This document shows positions 45,867-56,763 of a stretch of DNA of 64,000 bases, piece after piece (the stretch's first letter is position 1; every line of letters begins with the position of its first letter). The position numbers were made by a program, and so were the translations under genes. The stretch is from NCBI GenBank assembly GCA_027923505.1, contig BROI01000021.1, forward strand, positions 310,001 through 374,000, written 5' to 3'. Under the pieces are notes generated by a model. It made no database searches, was not told the DNA's origin, and saw nothing but the letters and a program-made list of their open reading frames with translations. This DNA is from Mayamaea pseudoterrestris. Its lineage: Eukaryota.

Positions 45867-46285
45867 GGGCCATGGCAACAGGAGTTGCCGCGGTTTCTTG
45901 CTTGTTGAAAGTGATTATGTTGCGTGAGAATGCGTGATTGCCTCTCGTTTTTGTGTGGGATGGATCATGGTGGTGGCGCTTGCGGCGGCTGTCGACTGTC
46001 ACGAGTTGGCTCGTGTGCTTTCCAGTATTGGTGCGACTCGGACGTCACGTGCGACATCGCCAAAACCGATCGAGGTGCCAACCGCGAACAAGGCAAGAGC
46101 GAATTGATTTTCGTTCCGACTGACTGCCAAAGCATCACCTGCCTTTTTCTAACAGTACATTGCATCTCGCTCCTCAGCCTGACGACGAAACGCAACAACG
46201 CCTTGTATCTGTAACTTGGCGCCTGAGGGAAGGAGTCGAAAGACGGACTACATAACTCATAAGATATAGACCAGCACCTCTGACC

Positions 46286-48355
46286 ATGATGCTCGGAACC
46301 ACAAGTTGGCGATGGATTTTGGTCTTTTGCATGTTCGCAAGATTATGCAACGGTCAACAGCCGACAAGCAGTGCTCAAACGATTGCAGACGTGCTCCAAA
46401 ACGACTCGAACTACGATTCGTTGGTGGCAGCGCTCGACACGGCAGGACTTCTGGCCGACTTGAGCGGGTCAGGTCCATTTACACTATTTGCTCCGTCAAA
46501 CTCGGCGCTAGCAATGGTTCCAGACGGATATTTGAAAACATTAACGACTGATCCAGGATATATCATTCATTTACAGAATCTATTGGCGTTTCATGTTGAC
46601 ATTGAAGCTCCATTGGAAGCGGCCGACTTGACCGACGGTCGAGAACTTCTCATGGCCAACGAAGAATATCTGACTGTCTCTAATAGTGGCGGAGTGATAT
46701 CACTTGGAAACAATGACGGAGCTTCCGCGACAGTGCTTGTACCAGACGAGGCCGTCGTTTCCAATGGCGTCCTTCACCAGCTCGATCAAGCACTTTTGCC
46801 CAAATTTGTCTTTACAAACGTTTACAATGAGACTGGCGTCTTTTTTCAAAACTTGCTCGCGACTGCTGGTCTCGTCGATTTTGTCATGTCGGGTGAATTC
46901 ACAATCATCTTGCCGTCCAACGAAGCTTTTGTCGGTGTACCTTCGGATGTTTTCGCCGATGTCGACGAGCTGACCAAGATATTGCAGTACCACATGATTG
47001 ACCAGGTTCTTCCTCCGCAGCAACTACAGAATGGGCAGTACAAAACGGTCAATGGTGAATCGCTTGTTGTCAGCGTGTCGGATGATGGAAAGTCAGTCAC
47101 ATTTGATGGCATTCCGGTGCAGGGCGTTAATCTCGCCAGCAATGGGCTCATCTACGCGATCGACGCGGTCCTCTTTCCTGGGCAAGACGTTCCAACGTTT
47201 GCGCCACAACCAACGACTGCGCCCGTGTCAATGGCGCCAACCGTTGCAGGACAGCCGAACGCAGAGCAAGCACCATCTATTGTCCCCACCGCAACCAGCA
47301 TGAGCGATCCAAACCTTGCCGACGTGATTGAAGCAGCGGATGACTTGAAGAGCATGGCACTCGCTCTCCAGGTGTCATCACTTTTGGATCAGGTGCGCAG
47401 CATTGAATCCGCCACCATCTTTGCGCCGATTGACGAAGCATTTCTGCAAGTCAACCAAGATCTCATGTCGGCCTTGTTTGAACCAGAATGGGTTGCGCAT
47501 TTGCAGAGCTTGTTGGCACTCCACGCTGTTTCGCCGGATGTCTTGTATGCAGCAAATATCAGCGACGGTGCATCTGTGACCACGCTCAGTGGAGAAGCAA
47601 TTAGCTTTGTTGTTGGTGATGAAGGATCTGTATTTGTCAATGGGCCCGACGGCACCGGAGGTGTGGTGATTGAAGCGGATGTGCCAGCCAGCAATGGAGT
47701 CCTTCATAAACTCGACACCCTTCTGCTGCCGTCGTGGGTTGACCAAGACTTGCTAGCGATTGGTGCACAAATAGACGAGATTGCGACGTTCATGGGATTA
47801 ATAACAAGCACCGGCCTTGATCAATCTGTCGCTACAGGTTTATTTACACTTTTGGCACCATCGGAAGACGCCTTCAGTAAGCTGATGCAAGGTGGTAATC
47901 AGACATTGACAGACTCAGCCAACGTTGAAGAGCTCACTAAAAGATTGCAGTATCATATGATTCCAAGGCTTATACCGACACAACTGTTGACAAACTCGAC
48001 AATAGCAACTTTGGAAGGAAGCAACATTTTGGCCTCGGTTGTACCAGGCCAGCAAGTCAAATTTAATGATGCGTCAGCCTTGTTCGTCGACATTCCTGCC
48101 AACAACGGATTGATCTATATAATAGACAAAGTGATGGAAATTCAGGATTATACTGATTCACCTACGATTGCTTCACCAGCCGCTGGTAGTACATTGACAC
48201 CAAGTGAAGCTCCCGCTTTAACTGCTCCGTCATTGCCTGTCTCCCCAACACCAAGCGGTCCAGTAACGAACAATGACACATCTGGCTGCGCATATTTGAT
48301 GAGTGAAATTGTGTTTATCTTGTGTGCGTTTATTTCGCTGGCTATCATATTCTAG
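46286..48355 (+). CDS. Fasciclin-domain cell-surface protein (4 FAS1 domains), signal peptide and probable GPI anchor
   Basis: Four H1/H2 pairs: TLFAPSN..SNGVLHQLD, TIILPSN..SNGLIYAID, TIFAPID..SNGVLHKLD, TLLAPSE..NNGLIYIID. P/T/S/A-rich linkers and a hydrophobic C-tail. Confidence 0.9.
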   Translation: MMLGTTSWRWILVFCMFARLCNGQQPTSSAQTIADVLQNDSNYDSLVAALDTAGLLADLSGSGPFTLFAPSNSALAMVPDGYLKTLTTDPGYIIHLQNLLAFHVDIEAPLEAADLTDGRELLMANEEYLTVSNSGGVISLGNNDGASATVLVPDEAVVSNGVLHQLDQALLPKFVFTNVYNETGVFFQNLLATAGLVDFVMSGEFTIILPSNEAFVGVPSDVFADVDELTKILQYHMIDQVLPPQQLQNGQYKTVNGESLVVSVSDDGKSVTFDGIPVQGVNLASNGLIYAIDAVLFPGQDVPTFAPQPTTAPVSMAPTVAGQPNAEQAPSIVPTATSMSDPNLADVIEAADDLKSMALALQVSSLLDQVRSIESATIFAPIDEAFLQVNQDLMSALFEPEWVAHLQSLLALHAVSPDVLYAANISDGASVTTLSGEAISFVVGDEGSVFVNGPDGTGGVVIEADVPASNGVLHKLDTLLLPSWVDQDLLAIGAQIDEIATFMGLITSTGLDQSVATGLFTLLAPSEDAFSKLMQGGNQTLTDSANVEELTKRLQYHMIPRLIPTQLLTNSTIATLEGSNILASVVPGQQVKFNDASALFVDIPANNGLIYIIDKVMEIQDYTDSPTIASPAAGSTLTPSEAPALTAPSLPVSPTPSGPVTNNDTSGCAYLMSEIVFILCAFISLAIIF

Positions 48356-48743
48356 TGTGCTGGGTAAAATGAATCTGTAATGCGTTAGATTGACTTGTTA
48401 CCAATGAAGAAATAATCAGTGCTGCACAAGCTGTACAAGTACCGGCAGTGTATGTCGACAAGAGCAGTTACACTGTGCTGTCCGTAGTCCGCCAATCTAT
48501 TGAACGGCCGCTTCAAATGCCAAGTAAATGTGCCTTTATACAACTACCCGAAGATCTTATAGACAAAGACTGTTCAAATAATGAGTAATTAAACATTGCT
48601 AACACGTGCCGAGGCATTGTTGCTGCCGTTATTCTCAGTGGGCGCGACAGCATTTGTTCTCACATTCCAAGCTTTACCGATACGTCAAGTTTGACGAGTT
48701 TAGGAGACAGGTGCTCAAAGACGGCTACGCAGGCACAAATCTC

Positions 48744-50573
48744 CTATGAACTGTACGAGTCACTGTCGCTCGAGCTGTCATGAAACATAAGTTTCCCGTC
48801 TTCCCACTCCTGTAAAAAAGTCTCCACTGTCATATGACGCAATAGATCCTCGGTTTTCTCAAACTGTGAATTTGCCTTGTCGGTAAGTTGATTTACCAGC
48901 TGTAAACGCGCAGCAAGGCGATCCTGCTTTTCGATCGCCGATATCTTAGCCACAAGAACTAGCTTCTTCTCCAATAAAGTTGAGTCCGTGGTATTATCGT
49001 TCAACTCATGAAACCGCTGCTGTGTGCTGCGAACGAATGCGATGAAAAGCATACGGGTCTTATGGTGAGCCTCTGATAACTCATCCAGTTGCTTTTGCCT
49101 AATGAACGCCTGAACCTGTACAGCTTTCGTATTGATTTTCATTTTGCGTATCGTTGCGCTTGTCGGCTCATCATCGCCATCGCTTTCGAAATCAAATAAA
49201 TGGTCCACATCAATGCTGTCATCGCCATTTCCGCCGGTAGAAAGATCACTTCCATCTGCTTCGGTTTGCTCAATTGCAAAGTCTCCGGTTTGCCACTGGC
49301 TTGTAGAACATCGGCGCGATTCGCCGGAGCCGCTCGCCAAGGACATGTCCAGTAATTCTTTCGGGTCTACGCGCGAAACTTCGTCTCCTGGTTCCAGTAA
49401 AAAGCCCTCTTGGGAATCCGAAGTTGATGAATTAAGCAGCGGTGCTCGCGAGACTTGTTGGCTCTCGAGCTGCCCTTTTGATTCTTTACGCCTCGAAATC
49501 GTTTTCAAACGGCGGTTGGCTCCGGATCCGCGATCACTATCGCTGTCGCTACTCAAATTGGATGCATGTGCAGCATCTCCACGATTAGTCATTTGTAGCA
49601 ATTGATGTGCAGTGTCTCGCTTTGCGCTGCCCTTGTTGCGTGTGACGACGACAGCAGTGCTCCCAACGCCATCTTGCATTTTCAGCTGGTAGTCAACCCA
49701 AAGAACCGGCCGGTATTTTAGTGGCAGTGCGTCAATCGAAGGAACCTTTTCCCCATTGAAACTGGCGTACCACCCAAGAATTAAAGATACATTCTTGCTC
49801 GTTTTCCAAAGTTCAAAAAACTGCTTGCCGTTCAATGCGTACTTTTCCATTAGCATGTCGATGATCATTTTGCGCTCGTCCTTGCCTACACGGAATCTTC
49901 CGCCAATCGACTGCGCGCGCGAGAAAAGGAACGTCCATATTTCGTCGGAAATGAGAGCGAAACTTAGAGCGCAAAAAACCATATAGGGCCGAGGTTTGCC
50001 TGCTTCCTCGTGTAGCAATCCAAACACAGCGGAGCCATCGACGGACCAGCGCTTGTTTCGCTTTTTCATTCGCTTCTTCCGAGCGCTAAAGGCCATGAAG
50101 GGCCGAGGAGGTCCGCCTGATTCCTCGTGTAGCAATTTAAACGCAGCGGAGTCATTGACGGACGAGAGCTTGTATCTTTCTCGCATTCGCTTGCTCATTA
50201 GATGGTACTCGATAATGTCGCGGCATTTCTCAATGTCATTCTTGAAAGGCCCGATTGTACGTTCAAATACTGCGACATTAATGCCGCAGTGTTCGGAAAT
50301 ATATGTGCTCGCTGCAGCATTTCTTTCGTGAAGGCTTTCCACCCATGGTTGAAGCTCTTCCAGCACAAACTCGTGAGATTTGTCGTCGGCATTTTCCTCG
50401 CCATCTGACTCGGAGCGTTTGTTCGATACTTTCTTGTCGCTGCGTCCAGAAACGACAGTGCCACGGTTCGTCGCTACCAATGCTTCCTTGTAGGAAGGCC
50501 CATGAAGCTGACGATTCTCACCATCGGTAGACATCTTGCTTTCGTTTCTATGTAATACTGCTTGCACTGTCAC
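48744..50573 (-). CDS. Hypothetical protein with internal ~38-aa tandem duplication and C-terminal coiled coil
   Basis: 609-codon ORF occupying an otherwise empty interval; no family recognised. Confidence 0.6.
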   Translation of the reverse strand: MTVQAVLHRNESKMSTDGENRQLHGPSYKEALVATNRGTVVSGRSDKKVSNKRSESDGEENADDKSHEFVLEELQPWVESLHERNAAASTYISEHCGINVAVFERTIGPFKNDIEKCRDIIEYHLMSKRMRERYKLSSVNDSAAFKLLHEESGGPPRPFMAFSARKKRMKKRNKRWSVDGSAVFGLLHEEAGKPRPYMVFCALSFALISDEIWTFLFSRAQSIGGRFRVGKDERKMIIDMLMEKYALNGKQFFELWKTSKNVSLILGWYASFNGEKVPSIDALPLKYRPVLWVDYQLKMQDGVGSTAVVVTRNKGSAKRDTAHQLLQMTNRGDAAHASNLSSDSDSDRGSGANRRLKTISRRKESKGQLESQQVSRAPLLNSSTSDSQEGFLLEPGDEVSRVDPKELLDMSLASGSGESRRCSTSQWQTGDFAIEQTEADGSDLSTGGNGDDSIDVDHLFDFESDGDDEPTSATIRKMKINTKAVQVQAFIRQKQLDELSEAHHKTRMLFIAFVRSTQQRFHELNDNTTDSTLLEKKLVLVAKISAIEKQDRLAARLQLVNQLTDKANSQFEKTEDLLRHMTVETFLQEWEDGKLMFHDSSSDSDSYSS

Positions 50574-50854
50574 CGTTTGGCTTGCTAGAGACGGTCGCTA
50601 TGCGGCGGGAAGTATGCGGTCGACCCAGGTATGCAACTGGCATATACTTGCAAAGTGGGAGACCGTGTTCCGTGTTGATGAGGGCGACGCAGGACCGAAT
50701 CATTAGATCTTGCGAAACGGATTCTAGTCTGAGCGGTACTGAGTGGCGTCACGCAACCACTCACCCTTCGTCGCGGCCATGATGATCATCCGATTCGACA
50801 TTACCAGCCTCATTCATTTGACCGTAAAGGTGCTACAAAACGGACTTTGCTAAC

Positions 50855-52141
50855 ATGCATCTACGGATGATAATGGTTATTATGCGAATTGCATTTTTAG
50901 TACCAAACCGGCTATATGTGCGCGGGTTTTCTAGCAAGCTTTCATTTTCTTTGGCACCGTCCTCGTTAACTTCACAAGGGAGAAGATTGTTAAGTTCTTT
51001 AAGCGACGAGCCGGCGTCATCAGATAAGTCCAGCAAAACTAAGGAAGACCCACTAAGTATCTACAGAAATAAGAACAATAGAGACGATCAAGTCTTTTCG
51101 GCAATGTCAAAGGACGGTGGCATTAAAGTGACGGCATGCACCGTTCGAAATCTCTTGAACGACCTTATGATTCAGCACACCATGACCAAAACACCATCGG
51201 ATATCCTTGGCAGAACAATTGCATGCAGTCTACTTATGGCCAATGGAATCCAGGACGAGCAGGTTGTTCAAATTACCTTGCAGTGTGAGTAATCGCTGTG
51301 TTTGACACATTGACGCGATACGACACAGCAACTAGCCTCATCTTACTTCTCTCTCGTCCTTCATTAAAGCCGATGGACCGATTCGTGGTGTTGTGGCGAT
51401 CGCCAGTGGTACGGGCGAAGTGAGAGGATACGTCGGTAGTCCCATGCTTGGTGACATGTATATTACAGAGGCCATGGGCAAGGGATCTGTACAGATTGTC
51501 AAAAACCATCCATCTTGGCCCCGTCCATACAATGGCATAACATCTATTGTGCACGGTGATGTGGATCGAGACATTGGTGAGGATAGCTTGCTCAGACAAA
51601 TGTTTCGTTCCAGGCGTATCGACTGACTTGATCAACCTCCTTTGTTCCAGGCCTTTACCTTGCCGAAAGTGAACAGCGATCCTGCGCACTGGCGGCAGCC
51701 ACTCACATTGACAATATTCTCTGCAAGGCTGCTGGCGGGTACCTTATTGAACGATTGCCCGACGTCGAACAGGAAACAGTTGCAAAGGTTGAAGCCAACC
51801 TGGCGCGACTGGTTGAGATGGACGGCGGCGATGCATTACCAACCAACTTGCTGCTGAATGGTGTCACACCAGTTGATATCTGCGAAATCATATTGGACGG
51901 CCTCGACATGCAACCATTGCAGCAAATTATGCCTACGTTAAAATGCAAATGCTCGGAGGAGCGACTCATACGGTCACTTCGACTGCTGCCACGCTCCGAA
52001 GTCGACGACATTCTCGCCAAGGAGGAAAAGGTGGAGGCACGGTGCGAGTTTTGCTCCAGGATATACCGGCTATCACCCGACCAGGTTCGTGAGAAGCTAC
52101 AAAATGCATCCGGTGATCCTTCCACCGACGTTGATATATAA
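50855..52141 (+). CDS. hslO: Hsp33 redox-regulated chaperone (organelle-targeted); introns 51285-51369 and 51577-51650
   Basis: ILGRT, Q|SDGPIRG..A...GEVRGY, YNGIT, |GLYLAESEQ, AAGGYLIERLP, Zn switch CKCS...CEFC. Confidence 0.9.
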
Positions 52142-52185
52142 TTTTTATCTAGTAACCTTAACAGATTACGCGCAAGCGCACTACT

Positions 52186-53103
52186 TTACTTTCCATCAAA
52201 CTGCTTCCGATTAATCTTTGGTGGCTTGTCAAAATAATAGCCTAATCCAGACTCTCCCATTTTGAAAGCGTAGCCGGGCCGACTGCCCGTAAAGGAAGCA
52301 GAATGTAGGAAGGGCACCGCCATTGATTCCTTGCCTTCTGCGTGCTTTGGCTTACGGTCCTTGTCACTGTCTCGACAGCGCGCCCCGCTATCTTTACGCG
52401 AGCTACTGCTGGAATCATCGGAGGAAGTGTTGCTGCGACCGCGGTGCCTCGTCTTTCGCCGTTGCCGATCCTTGCTCTTGCGCCTCCTTCGTCGCTCGTA
52501 GGAAGACTCGTCCGAATCATCATCTTCGTCGTCGTCATCATCGCCACTACGCCTTCGACTGCGCTTTCGATGCTTTCGCCTTTTGGAACGTCGTCTGTCA
52601 TCGTCATCGGAACTACTTGAATCAGACTCGCTGCTGCTGCTGCTGCTACTTGATCGTCGCTTCTTGTGCTTGCGCTTCTTGCGTTGCTTGCTTGACTTTG
52701 ACTTGCGTTTCTTCTTGTCAACAGCAGCTACCGCCACATACTCATCTTCAGATGACGACAATGGATCATCCTGCAGTCGTGCCTGCTTGCTGATCGCTCC
52801 ATCAGCGTCATTCACTCCAAGTCTGCTTCGCTTCTTCGACTGCTTCAACCCCTGATACATTTTCAATGCAAAGTCATCACGGTTTGCTCCATCCGTCAGA
52901 TTCTGCTGCTTGGCAACGGCCAAGACAGCGTCTCTCGTCTTGTTGGATTGCTCCTCATGCTGAGTATCAACAACTCCAGCGCCTTGTTCGGCATGCGGAT
53001 CATGTCCAATCGTTTTGGACCAAATGGATGACGTCCGGAGGGAAGCGTCAATCGACATGCGATTGTTGTGCGGCATGCGCGTGCGGCCGGATGATGCTGG
53101 CAT
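52186..53103 (-). CDS. CXIP4-like (CAX-interacting protein 4 / SR-like) protein
   Basis: N-terminus MPASSGRTRMPHNNR...IWSKTIGHDPH matches the CXIP4-type start (recalled as MPATAGRVRMPANNR...IWQSAIGYDP). K/R/S/D low-complexity middle. Confidence 0.65.
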   Translation of the reverse strand: MPASSGRTRMPHNNRMSIDASLRTSSIWSKTIGHDPHAEQGAGVVDTQHEEQSNKTRDAVLAVAKQQNLTDGANRDDFALKMYQGLKQSKKRSRLGVNDADGAISKQARLQDDPLSSSEDEYVAVAAVDKKKRKSKSSKQRKKRKHKKRRSSSSSSSSESDSSSSDDDDRRRSKRRKHRKRSRRRSGDDDDDEDDDSDESSYERRRRRKSKDRQRRKTRHRGRSNTSSDDSSSSSRKDSGARCRDSDKDRKPKHAEGKESMAVPFLHSASFTGSRPGYAFKMGESGLGYYFDKPPKINRKQFDGK

Positions 53104-53442
53104 GGTTATGGTAGTTTCTGATTGTATGAATATATATTGTAGTTGTATTAGCAAGGAGACAGCTTGTCAACGCGTTTATCAAAGCGAACGGAACGAGTGG
53201 CGTTGCTACCATGGTCGCGACGAAGCAAGCGTGACAACGCCATGTCACAAGGAATCGTAGCGGTACTCACATTCTGTGGCAACTTCATTCCATCGACTGA
53301 CTCGACAATGCAAAGCAATCTCTCTCCCTTCGCCGTGGTTGTTTGCGCTTGGCGCAAGTTTGACGTTGTCAGAGCATGGCAGGAGTGTCTTTAGTTGGAT
53401 TTGACACTAGTGCTGAAAGAAGGAAGCATCAATTGAATTGAA

Positions 53443-56141
53443 ATGTCGAGAATATCTACGTTGAAAATCCATGGGAGATTTATTCTCCTTCTTCAAACAT
53501 GGATCGTCACGCTTCGTTTACTGCAAGTTTTTAGCTTTCAGGCAATTCATTCAAATACTAGAATTGGCACGGAAGATAGTATACTGCCTGTTTACAGCCA
53601 GAGGCCACTTCATAGCGCGCCAAAGTCTAGTATGTTGGACGACCAGATCAAGACGTCGTTGTACCTGTCGCCCGACATTATTGACGCCCTAGACCTTGAT
53701 GCACTTATGCAACGAATTGCCTCGCACGCCGGTACGAAACGTGGACGTCAAGCGATTCTCTCAACGATAAGTAATGTCGCCAAAGGCGTTGGTCAGCAAT
53801 CTACTGCTACGGCTTCATCACGTCGACTCTCAGCATCGCCTTCGTCACGACGAAAGGCTTGGTTGACCCACAACGAGGTCGCTCGGGACAATAATCGGCG
53901 TGAACAGTTTACCATGCCCGTGGCAGCATCTGCACAAGAAGCACGATGCTTATATGATCTATTGGAGCAGGCCATGTTTGGATTACAAGGCACAAACAAC
54001 GCCACTGCACCGCCTTTGTACGCGACCGACTCTTACGACGACAGCACTATAGATGATACGGACGATGACGAGTGGCTCGAATACACCAATGTTGATGAGT
54101 TTACATTGGAAGATATTATAAAGGCAGAACAAGTTGTCAAAAGACTACTTGGTGTAAGTGTGTGGGCTCGCCAGGAGTCCACCTTGCAGTGGATGCCGCT
54201 CCTGGCGGATATTGCTTTGCGCATGGACCACGAGTCGCTACAGGCACTGTATGAGACGCTGCACGACGCGGTGGAAATTGTGCGCGTCCGATCAGTCCTT
54301 GATGTGACTGCTAAATCATCCTACTTGTTTCGATTGAAGGAGTCCTCATTTCCTGCCTTGGCCGTGCTAAGAGCCAAGGAGCGCGACATGCAAGCGAAAC
54401 AAACATTAACGTCCAAAAAAGCAAAGAAAATCCAAATGAACTTGAAGCAGTACGTGAAGCGATTGTTGCCAAGGAACAAGAAATTCAACAATCTATCGCA
54501 TACTCTATTCTCGCCTTTGCTGACATTGTCAACGACGCGTTCAACTGTGTCGCCGAGCTTGATTCAATATTTGCTAAAGCTGCCTTTGCGCTACGGACGA
54601 ATGGCCAAATTCCTCTGATTGGTGCAAACGGTTGCGTCAACGTTCGGCAGTTTCTCCATCCCTTGCTCTTGGAATCGCAAACGACACCCGTTCCAGTGGA
54701 CTTGAAGCTTGCTTGTCGAAACGAAACGCGAGCCCTGGTCATTAGCGGAAGCAACGGAGGAGGCAAGACCTTGTGTATGAAGTCGTTTGGCGTCGTCGCT
54801 GTCATGGCACGTTTAGGAGTCGGCATTCCGTCACTAGAACGAGCAGACGTTCCTCGCGTTGATTTTTTTCATGACTTGCTGGTCTCGGTCGGTGATCGGC
54901 AAGATGTCATGCAAGGCACTTCGACGTACGCGGCACAACTCGAAACCTATTCCACCTTGATTCAACGAGTGTCAGAGGCCAAAGACGAGGAGTCATTTCT
55001 CATTCTCCTCGACGAGCTTGGAAGTGGGACAGAGGGTAATGCTGGCGGCGCGATTGCACAGGCAATTTTGGAGCAGTTACTTGTCAATGCAACGTGCGCT
55101 GTTGTTGCCACGACACACTCTTCTCGACTTAAAGCCTTGTCGTTTGAGAATGAGACCTACGAGTGCGCGTCTGTTCTTGCCGTTGACGCGGGCAACTACC
55201 CTCAGCCAACATATCAATTACAGTACGGAGTCATCGGCGAGTCGCAGGCCCTGAGCGCAGCGTCACGATGCTTTCCAGCGCTTCCCAATGAAGTGTTAAG
55301 CAGAGCATCGGAACTCCTCATTCGTCCCAGGAGTGATCTAAGTAAGGAAAGCGACGACGATGTATCCGCGGATTTTATTAAAACAATGTCAAAGTCATTG
55401 ACACGAGAAAGGGAGATGGCAGTCGAGACACGAATCGCCACCGAAAAGCTTGTCAGAGATATGGGAACTTGCCAACGAGCCATGCTAACCATGGCTGTGG
55501 CATATGAGCGTCATTTTGGTTTGTTGGATGACAGGGTTCGCCACGTTTATAAAATGTTAAAAGCCGACAACACTGGTTCGCTGGAACTGGTTGGCGCTAC
55601 TCTAGAAGAACTTCAGGTAGCCAGAACCAAAGTGCGACATGCAACCGATTTACTCCGACAGAAAGGACTGAAGATGCTGCCACTAGACTACGACCTGAGC
55701 GATGGTGAGTCAGTGGTCATTGTTTGCGAGGGCGAGTGGGATGGTATTATGGCTACAGTGGTGTCGAGTGAAATCCCGGCTGGAAATGACCATGTTTTGG
55801 TGGTTCCATCCTTTAACCCCATCGACGGCGCATGGACTGGCTCAACGAGTGTACCTACTGATTCGTTGTCGATACATCCCATTGCCTTTCAGCGTCACCA
55901 GCTGGCAATTTGGGACTTTGACAGTGTTTGGTCAATGACCAGTAATCCTGGCAAGGAAAATGATGAGAGCATGCGGGTGACGAGCGTTGTAGATGCCAAA
56001 CGCCGACTGAATGCAGTTTTATCCTCACTTGAATCAACACTCGACGAGGCAACCGCGTCTCCGAGGCTGAAACAGGGAAGTGGTGCTTACAAATCGTCAC
56101 GAGAGCGCAAGGCAATGATAAAGGTAAAGGGTAAACGTTAG
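53443..56141 (+). CDS. MutS2-like ATPase (no Smr domain), interrupted by a -1 frameshift near 54415-54430 (sequencing error or pseudogene)
   Basis: N-terminal DALDLDALMQRIASHAGT.RG. The -1 frame gives ELDSIFAKA...HPLL, ISGSNGGGKT, VGDRQD....STY, LLDELGSGTE, VATTHS and a KOW-like segment. Confidence 0.75.
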
Positions 56142-56240
56142 AGAATTTTGAAAGTCTTCTTGGCTTTCGCTAATTATTGTCACTGGACTACCGGTAGCTG
56201 TATGATACTGTAACAATGATCTATGGCTTGTGCAAAAGTG

Positions 56241-56312
56241 TGAGTCAGCGGGGAATCGAACCCCGGTTTTCTGGACCACAACCAGAGGTCCTAGCCACTA
56301 GACGACTGACTC
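56241..56312 (-). tRNA. trnH: tRNA-His (GUG)
   Basis: Minus strand GAGTCAG TC GTCTAGTGGCTAGGAC C TCTGG TTGTGGT CCAGA AAAC CGGGG TTCGATT CCCCG CTGACTC A folds as a cloverleaf with anticodon GTG. A T4 Pol III terminator lies just downstream; G-1 and CCA are not encoded. Confidence 0.95.
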
Positions 56313-56763
56313 GTGGACCGCTAAAATTGGCCGTCAATTGCTATTTGATCCGCCTTATTTTCTTGTCGCAACAGAACTGAAGGTTCTTGAGGCTTAAATT
56401 GATGACTCATAAGATACGATTCAACGTCTATGTTTATCAATCGATCGCGCCGACTCGAAGCCATCGGCACCTCGATCATGATCGCTACTTCAGCAAAGCG
56501 GCAAGTCGATGTACCTTTGATTTCTGCGCATTAGAAAAGTATTCATGTATCATGGACAGACTGTCGGATGACGCCGTGATGATGGCAAGAACGGTGCGTG
56601 TATCTACAGCTGCGCACAATTAAGAAACATGGCGTCATTACCATCACGAATTATGCACTCACCACACTCATGTCTCACAATTTAATCTCAGCCTCCTCGC
56701 CGCAAATTTGGAAATTCAATTTCGTCAAATACTCCTCCTCGATCAGTTATAAAAGATGTGAAG

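Noticed and set aside
52242..52855. Several overlapping ORFs and a (CTG)n tract
   Set aside because: These are by-products of the Ser/Arg/Lys/Asp low-complexity coding region of the CXIP4-like gene.
14303..56141. NBS1, SMC4 and MutS2 as a DNA-maintenance cluster
   Set aside because: They are widely spaced, interleaved with unrelated genes, and predicted to act in different compartments.
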